A stretch of 64,000 nucleotides of DNA. It comes from Bacteroidales bacterium (lineage in GTDB: Bacteria > Bacteroidota > Bacteroidia > Bacteroidales > UBA3824). Location of the stretch: positions 2,863 through 66,862 of the forward strand of contig JAFPZK010000027.1 in NCBI GenBank assembly GCA_017417315.1. Direction: 5' to 3'. The position numbers and the translations under genes are program-made. This document shows, piece after piece, positions 58,452 through 64,000 of this stretch. Positions within the stretch are counted from its first letter, which is position 1. Each line of letters begins with the position of its first letter. The notes below the pieces were generated by a model. That model had not been told where the DNA came from. It did not search any database and worked only from the letters and a program-made list of their open reading frames with translations.

Positions 58452-59909
58452 CTAACTTTTTTCAAACAAATCGTCCAAAACCACCGTCCGCTGAAAACGC
58501 GAAGAATATTCGTTATATTTTAAGCCGTAAGTCGTTATCAAAACCATATTGACGGACTTTTTGGACTTCGATTTATCAAGAAAAGTTTGCAACTTATGCC
58601 TTAAATTAGCATCGTATTCCTTGGAAACTGAAAATTCGTCTGCCGAAAATTTCATTTCGCAAAGGTTTATCATATTGTCGGCACGGTTGATGACCATATC
58701 AATTTGTGCGCCGTCGCTTTCCGAATTTCCTAAGAAACGCCACGGCAAAAAATCCGTATTTATACCGCTGATTCCTAAGGCTTTGGCGATTTGTCGGGAA
58801 TGAACAAAACACAATTCTTCAAAAGCAAAACCAAGCCACGATTTTATTTTAGGACTTTGAAGCATTGACATAAAATAATCCTGCTTGAAAGTAGATTTAC
58901 CGTTCAAGAACTGCATCCAAAACAGCGTGAACAAATCCGTGAGTTTATAATAAACTTCACGTTTTGACCCTTCAAAAAAAGTATACGACATTATAAAATC
59001 GCTGACTTCCAAGGCTTTAAGAATATCCGTCAAACCGCCGCCGAAAGGTATTTTCGTATTATCAGAAATTTCTTTTCTCGTAAAGCCTAAACGTTTGGTA
59101 CTAAGAAGTTTAAGCACGGATTTATACTTTTCGTTTTCTAAAAACTGAGAAGCGCAAAGTCTGTTAAACTCGTCTTTCAACGCTGCTTTTTTTGAGAAAA
59201 AAATATTGTCAAGATTTTGAGCCACGCTCAACCCTTTTTTCAAATACGACATATAATAAGGTATGCCGCCGAGAGCCATATAACATAAGGCTTGGTCGTA
59301 ACGGCTCATCGAAATTCCCAAACTTTTGTAATATTCCTCACATTCGCTAAGAGAAAAAGGTTCGAGATAAATTTGACGGGTTACACGGTTGTAAAGTCCG
59401 CCGTAATTATTAATCAATTTATCTGAAATCCAAGTAGTTGCAGAGCCGCAGACAATCAACATAAGATTATGGCAACCGTCAGCAAAACCGTTCCAAAAAT
59501 TTTCAAAAGCCGTTACGAAGCCCGAACCTTTGGTATCAAGCCACGGCATTTCGTCAATAAAAATTACGATTCGTTTGTTTTCGGGATATTTTTTGACGAG
59601 TTTTTTTAGTTCCTCAAAAGCACCGAACCAATCCTTAGGAATAGTATCGTACTCAGCACCGTAATTTTTAAGAGTATTACAAAACGCAATTAACTGACTT
59701 TCAAAAAGTTTATCTTCATTTAATTCTATCGGAGACAAGGCTGTGTGATAGAAAATGAATTTATTTTTGAAATGCTCTCTTACCAAAAAAGTTTTACCGA
59801 CACGTCTCCTACCGTAAACCACCACAAATTCTGATTTACCGGAATTGTAAATATCGTCTAACTCATTGATTTGATGATGTCTACTAATTATCTTTACCAT
59901 AATTAACAA
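58452..59909 (-). CDS. Orphan ATPase (Arch_ATPase/ATPase_2 type) + DUF234-type C-terminal PD-(D/E)XK-like domain
   Basis: Walker A GRRRVGKT; Walker B VIFIDEM; C-terminal GAQIDMVINRADNMINLCEMK (D...ExK, 58650-58700). The start may be the Met at 59900. Confidence 0.8.
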   Translation of the reverse strand: MLIMVKIISRHHQINELDDIYNSGKSEFVVVYGRRRVGKTFLVREHFKNKFIFYHTALSPIELNEDKLFESQLIAFCNTLKNYGAEYDTIPKDWFGAFEELKKLVKKYPENKRIVIFIDEMPWLDTKGSGFVTAFENFWNGFADGCHNLMLIVCGSATTWISDKLINNYGGLYNRVTRQIYLEPFSLSECEEYYKSLGISMSRYDQALCYMALGGIPYYMSYLKKGLSVAQNLDNIFFSKKAALKDEFNRLCASQFLENEKYKSVLKLLSTKRLGFTRKEISDNTKIPFGGGLTDILKALEVSDFIMSYTFFEGSKREVYYKLTDLFTLFWMQFLNGKSTFKQDYFMSMLQSPKIKSWLGFAFEELCFVHSRQIAKALGISGINTDFLPWRFLGNSESDGAQIDMVINRADNMINLCEMKFSADEFSVSKEYDANLRHKLQTFLDKSKSKKSVNMVLITTYGLKYNEYSSRFQRTVVLDDLFEKS

Positions 59910-59918
59910 CTAAAAATT

Positions 59919-60005
59919 CTGCCACGAAAGTACAAAAAATATATTTCGTGGCAAAATTTTATATAAAAAATCTGCCACGAAATCAAAAAAAATGATTTCG
60001 TGGCA
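59919..60005 (-). terminator. Two tandem palindromic hairpins (53-nt period), each followed by a U-run on the minus strand; likely a double terminator after argH
   Basis: tgccacgaaa(59920-29)/tttcgtggca(59944-53) and tgccacgaaat(59973-83)/atttcgtggca(59995-60005). The arms are identical and the loops differ. The minus strand reads ..GGCAGAUUUUUU and ..GGCAGAAUUUUU. Confidence 0.5.
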
Positions 60006-60040
60006 AAATTTTTAGTTAATTCTTTGAAAACCAAAGAGTT

Positions 60041-61378
60041 TTATTCAGTTAGTTTTTTCTCGGCGTTTTCTACTTTTTCAAAATTAAACTGAGAATAAAC
60101 CGAATTAAAAAGGTCTGCAATCTTATCGTTACAGAGGTTTCCGATACTGCCTATGTGCGTGTGATTCAGAGGTTTGTCCCAATGAAACTTACCTTCAAAA
60201 ACCTGATGACCGACCTCTTTGTAAGCATCTCTGAACGGTATGCCTTGAAGAACCATTTCGTTCAAAGCCTCAACCGTGAAAATAGGTTGATACATCTCGT
60301 TTTTCAAAATGTCCTCCCTCGGCTGAATTTTCGGCAGAATAAACTCCATAAAATCCAAACACATCTGCATTCTTTCAAAAACGGGCAAATAACTCTCTTT
60401 CAAAAGTTGTAAATCACGGAAATATCCGCAAGTTAAGTTTCCCGTTATGCGGTTGAGTTCAAACGGTAACACGCTGATTTTGTTGCAGTAACCGCGCATA
60501 AGTTCAAAAACGTCAGGGTTGGCTTTGTGCGGCATAATTGACGAGCCGGTCGTATATTCTTTCGGCAGGGAAATAAACTTAAAGTTTTGGCTCATAAACA
60601 AGCAACAGTCAGCGGCAAATTTTGCTAACGTCTGCGACAACTGCGCTAACGCACTTGCGACTACGGTTTCAACTTTTCCGCGTGTCATCTGAGCATAAAC
60701 CGAATTGTAATCAGGCGAGTCAAATCCCAATAAATCAGAGGTTCTTTGACGGTCAATCGGGAATGACGAACCGTATCCCGCTGCACTTCCGAGCGGATTG
60801 CGGTTGTTGATTTTCCACGCTGAAAGTAGCGTTTGAAGGTCGTCGGCAAGACTTTCGGCATAACAGCCGAACCACAAGCCGAAACTGCTCGGCATCGCAA
60901 TCTGCAAATGCGTATAACCGGGAAGAAGTACGTTTTTGTATTTTTCGCTAAGGCTGATAAACGTTTCAAAAACACCTTTTACGGTCTCAATTATTTTTTT
61001 CAGTTTTGCCCTCGTGAAAAGTCTTACGGCGGTAACAACTTGGTCGTTACGGCTGCGGGCGGTGTGAATGCGTTTTCCCGGGTCGCCGAGTTTTTCGGTC
61101 AGAAGAAATTCTATTTGCGAATGAACGTCTTCAACGTCGTCGGCGATAACAAATTTGCCGTCGCAAGCAGTTTTATAAATGTTTTTCAACTCTTTTTGGA
61201 GTTTTTCGTTGTCCTCACGGCTCAAAAGCCCGCACTCTGACAGCATTTGAGCATGAGCCATACAGCCGAGTGTGTCGTATTCGGCTAAATATAAATCCAT
61301 TTCGCGGTCTTTGCCCACCGTAAAAGTGTTAACAAATTCGGCGGTGTCAAAACCTTTGTCCCAAAGTTTCATAATCAA
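60041..61378 (-). CDS. argH: Argininosuccinate lyase
   Basis: Fumarate-lyase signature GSSIMPHKANP; TARSRNDQV. Confidence 0.95.
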   Translation of the reverse strand: MIMKLWDKGFDTAEFVNTFTVGKDREMDLYLAEYDTLGCMAHAQMLSECGLLSREDNEKLQKELKNIYKTACDGKFVIADDVEDVHSQIEFLLTEKLGDPGKRIHTARSRNDQVVTAVRLFTRAKLKKIIETVKGVFETFISLSEKYKNVLLPGYTHLQIAMPSSFGLWFGCYAESLADDLQTLLSAWKINNRNPLGSAAGYGSSFPIDRQRTSDLLGFDSPDYNSVYAQMTRGKVETVVASALAQLSQTLAKFAADCCLFMSQNFKFISLPKEYTTGSSIMPHKANPDVFELMRGYCNKISVLPFELNRITGNLTCGYFRDLQLLKESYLPVFERMQMCLDFMEFILPKIQPREDILKNEMYQPIFTVEALNEMVLQGIPFRDAYKEVGHQVFEGKFHWDKPLNHTHIGSIGNLCNDKIADLFNSVYSQFNFEKVENAEKKLTE

Positions 61379-61391
61379 TTAAATTTTCATC

Positions 61392-62462
61392 TTACAACAA
61401 CTTCATAAACTCATCGAACAAATATTCCGTGTCAACGGGTCCGCCGCAAGCCTCAGGGTGAAACTGCGTTGAAAAAAACGGCTTTGTTTTATGCTTAATA
61501 CCCTCGCAGGTATTGTCGTTAACATTAACAAACCACGGCGACCAATCTCCTGAAATAGTTTTCATATCAATCGCAAAACCGTGATTCTGACTTGTTATAT
61601 GACAACAATCCGTATTTTCTTTCAAAACCGGCTGATTATGAGAACGATGTCCGTATTTAAGTTTGTAAGTATCGAAACCCGCTGCTAATGCCAACAACTG
61701 ATTTCCCAGACAAATACCGTAAATAGGTCTTTCTTCCGTCAACGCCTTTTTAATATGCTGAATCGTCGGCGTACACATTTTCGGGTCGCCCGGACCGTTT
61801 GAAATAAAAAGCCCGTCATAATTAATCTCCGAAAAATCATAATCCCAAGGCACACGGATAACTTTTGCACCGCGTTTTGTAAAACAGCGGATAATATTGT
61901 TTTTAACTCCGCAATCAACCAAAACAACCGTTTTGTCGCCGCCCTCGTTATAAACCTCAACTTCTTTGCAACTAACCTGAGCGACAAGATTATCTTTGTT
62001 CGGGTCATAAAAATCAACGTCTTTGTCATCAATGATGATTTTGCCGAGCATAGAACCTTTTTCCCTTAAACGCTTTGTCAAAGCCCTTGTGTCAATGCCG
62101 GTTATGCCGGGAACTTTTTGCTCTTTCAACCAGTCAGAAAGGCTCTTTTTAGCATTCCAATGACTATAATCAAAAGCATAGTCCTGAACAACGAAGCCTT
62201 TAACGTGAATATTCTCCGACTCAAAAAACTTCAAAATTCCGTCCTCCGATTCATCGCCCGGAATACCATAATTGCCTTGAAGCGGATAAGTTGCCGTCAA
62301 AATCTGTCCTTGATAAGACGGGTCAGTAAGGCTCTCGGTATAACCCGTCATCGCCGTATTAAAAACTACTTCGCCGGCAGTTGAGCCTTCATAACCGAAA
62401 GAATAGCCCTCGTATTTTGTGCCGTCTTCAAGTTCAAGAACGGCTTTTTTAAGATTATTCAT
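61392..62462 (-). CDS. carA: Carbamoyl-phosphate synthase small (glutaminase) subunit
   Basis: N-terminal LELEDGTKYEGYSFG; GATase Cys in GICLGNQLL; FSTQFHPE. Confidence 0.93.
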   Translation of the reverse strand: MNNLKKAVLELEDGTKYEGYSFGYEGSTAGEVVFNTAMTGYTESLTDPSYQGQILTATYPLQGNYGIPGDESEDGILKFFESENIHVKGFVVQDYAFDYSHWNAKKSLSDWLKEQKVPGITGIDTRALTKRLREKGSMLGKIIIDDKDVDFYDPNKDNLVAQVSCKEVEVYNEGGDKTVVLVDCGVKNNIIRCFTKRGAKVIRVPWDYDFSEINYDGLFISNGPGDPKMCTPTIQHIKKALTEERPIYGICLGNQLLALAAGFDTYKLKYGHRSHNQPVLKENTDCCHITSQNHGFAIDMKTISGDWSPWFVNVNDNTCEGIKHKTKPFFSTQFHPEACGGPVDTEYLFDEFMKLL

Positions 62463-62467
62463 TTTTA

Positions 62468-63505
62468 TTATATTTTTTGAAAAACTTTTTCAACTATTTG
62501 TTCCGCCTGAATATCCATCAGACATTTGTATTTTTCCGCCAAACGGCACTCCTTGTTGCCGTAAACAGAACACGGACGGCACGGTAACGCAATTTGAACC
62601 GCATCGTCCTCTTTTTGGTTAAAACCCAAAAATCCGGCTTTCGTATGTGTCGCGCCCCAAACCGAAACCACTCTCGTCGAAGTCAAAGATGCAAAGTGCA
62701 TATTTGCGCTGTCCATCGAAACCATACAGTCAAGCCGTGAAATCAATAAAAGTTCGTTCATAAGACCGCCCGATTTTCCGACGAGGCTTACAACGTTTGC
62801 GTATGCGTTTTGCCATTTTTCGGTAACGCTTTTTTCCTTGTCGCCGAAACCGAAAAGAAAAACTTTCGCCCCTTTTTCAGAAAGCATTTTAACAACTTTT
62901 TCCATGGTCTCAGGCGGCAAAATCTTGCCTTTATGCGCAGCAAACGGCGCAACGCCGACCCATTTTGAAGTTTTTTCTCCCGTCAAAGCCAAAATTTCAG
63001 CAGGCAGCGGCGGCAGATTTTTAGGGAAAACTTCCCGAATATTCAAATCGACATCAAAGCCTAACTTCGTCAAAACGTCTTTATAACGCTCTACGGTCGG
63101 TTTTAAGGCTTCTGATTTTAACGCGCCGAGCCTTGTAAGACGTTTTTTCTCGCCTCTGCCTTTATTGATTTTGGCGGTTTTAATGCCCGCAAAAAACGCT
63201 CTGAGGCGCAAAAACTTTGTCCTCAAAACATCGTGAAAATCAGCATAAGAGTCTATTTTCAAGGCTTTTATTTCCTTAAAAAGTTTGTTTAGACCTTTTA
63301 TGCCGTCATAATCGCATTTTAAATTAACGCCCCAAAACCTGACATTATCCGGCATAAAATAAAACAACGGCGAAAAATTTTCACGACTCAGAAACACGAT
63401 TTCCAAGTCCTTATATTTTTCCGCTAACGCCTTAACAACCGGTGCGCACATCGCAACATCGCCCGCTGCCGAAAAACGTGTTATCAACAAACGCTTGATT
63501 TCCAT
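62468..63505 (-). CDS. Glycosyltransferase family 9 (heptosyltransferase-like)
   Basis: N-terminal RFSAAGDVAMCAPV; C-terminal MDSANMHFASL and CRPCS motifs typical of GT9. Confidence 0.85.
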   Translation of the reverse strand: MEIKRLLITRFSAAGDVAMCAPVVKALAEKYKDLEIVFLSRENFSPLFYFMPDNVRFWGVNLKCDYDGIKGLNKLFKEIKALKIDSYADFHDVLRTKFLRLRAFFAGIKTAKINKGRGEKKRLTRLGALKSEALKPTVERYKDVLTKLGFDVDLNIREVFPKNLPPLPAEILALTGEKTSKWVGVAPFAAHKGKILPPETMEKVVKMLSEKGAKVFLFGFGDKEKSVTEKWQNAYANVVSLVGKSGGLMNELLLISRLDCMVSMDSANMHFASLTSTRVVSVWGATHTKAGFLGFNQKEDDAVQIALPCRPCSVYGNKECRLAEKYKCLMDIQAEQIVEKVFQKI

Positions 63506-64000
63506 TACTTTGCACCGTAAAGTACGGGGTTAAGTGCGGGGTCGTTGTACATTTTCATTTGTTTATAAACTTTCATGTATTTTCTGCCCGCTGCAATATC
63601 TTCCAAAAGCGTGTCAATAGCCGAGCCGAGGTCTTTTTTCTGTTCTAACAGAATATCCAACTTCTTCTGACACTGTGCTTTATGTTCGTCAGTGGTATCA
63701 GTTCTCAAAACCTGCTCCTGCATGTGATAAATTTTCAGAGCCAAAATACTGAACCTGTCAACCGCCCATGCCGGTGATTCGGTATTGATAACGGCATCGC
63801 TTTTTACCGTTACGTTTTTATAAAGGTCAAGAAAATAACTGTCGATAAGTTCCACTAAATCAGTTCTGTCCTGATTGCTTTTGTCAATACGGCGTTTGAT
63901 TTGAAGAGCCTCTTTCGGGTCGATTTCGGGATTTCTGATAATATCCTCCAAATGCCACTGAACGGTATCAATCCAGTTTTTAAGATAAAGATAATACTCT
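63505..64000 (-). CDS. DUF4254-like protein; the 5' end runs off the window
   Basis: The frame stays open upstream of the listed TTG start (..EYYLYLKNWIDTVQWHLEDIIRNPEIDP). Stop overlaps the GT9 start. The family call is from memory of the QWHLEDIIR motif and GT9 adjacency. Confidence 0.6.
   Translation of the reverse strand, partial: EYYLYLKNWIDTVQWHLEDIIRNPEIDPKEALQIKRRIDKSNQDRTDLVELIDSYFLDLYKNVTVKSDAVINTESPAWAVDRFSILALKIYHMQEQVLRTDTTDEHKAQCQKKLDILLEQKKDLGSAIDTLLEDIAAGRKYMKVYKQMKMYNDPALNPVLYGAK

Noticed and set aside
59919-60005. Whether the paired palindromes are a tRNA-like gene or an arginine-repressor operator.
   Set aside because: There is no cloverleaf or conserved tRNA boxes. The site lies downstream, not upstream, of argH, and each hairpin is followed by a U-run on the coding strand, so a terminator is the simpler call. 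It is kept as a low-interest finding only because of the arm/loop conservation pattern.

Overview
Bacteroidota (Bacteroidales-like) chromosomal window. It is almost fully coding and mostly on the minus strand. The phylum call rests on SusC/SusD pairs, many lipoprotein signal peptides and TAnnTTTG -7 boxes.

1-25.5 kb is mainly housekeeping:
- a TonB-dependent receptor / periplasmic HMA / small Cys-His protein cluster
- rnc-fabF-acpP
- an M1 peptidase
- a compact acyltransferase / KS / CLF-like / EamA / hydrolase cassette
- pepC
- rpsO-pnp
- mutL plus two rhomboids
- holB and a uridine-kinase-like gene
- a PD40/CxxCH lipoprotein and a large multi-pass membrane protein

25.6-51.8 kb is a xylan utilisation locus. 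It has the conserved core of two SusC/SusD pairs, a hypothetical lipoprotein and a CBM-interrupted GH10. Around the core are a second GH10, a CE6-like/GH5 fusion, a CE6-like/CE1-like esterase fusion and a GH43. A ~3.4 kb insert splits the locus; it carries an AAA-ATPase/PD-(D/E)XK gene and an AbiEi-like/Fic fusion.

51.8-64 kb holds:
- an M23 peptidase
- two more orphan ATPase/PD-(D/E)XK fusions from different families
- a frameshifted AT-rich ORF
- a membrane-anchored repeat protein with a DUF2135-like C-terminus
- ROK glucokinase, argH, carA, a GT9 and a partial DUF4254 gene

No rRNA, tRNA, CRISPR, integrase or intact transposase was seen.

The most notable observations:
- The PUL-core GH10 has substitutions at most canonical active-site motifs, including NE to KD at the acid/base position.
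- Three unrelated single-gene P-loop NTPase + PD-(D/E)XK cassettes sit in operon gaps, two of them bracketed by short direct repeats.
- Structured repeats lie next to those cassettes.

All family assignments are motif recognition by eye. No searches were run.
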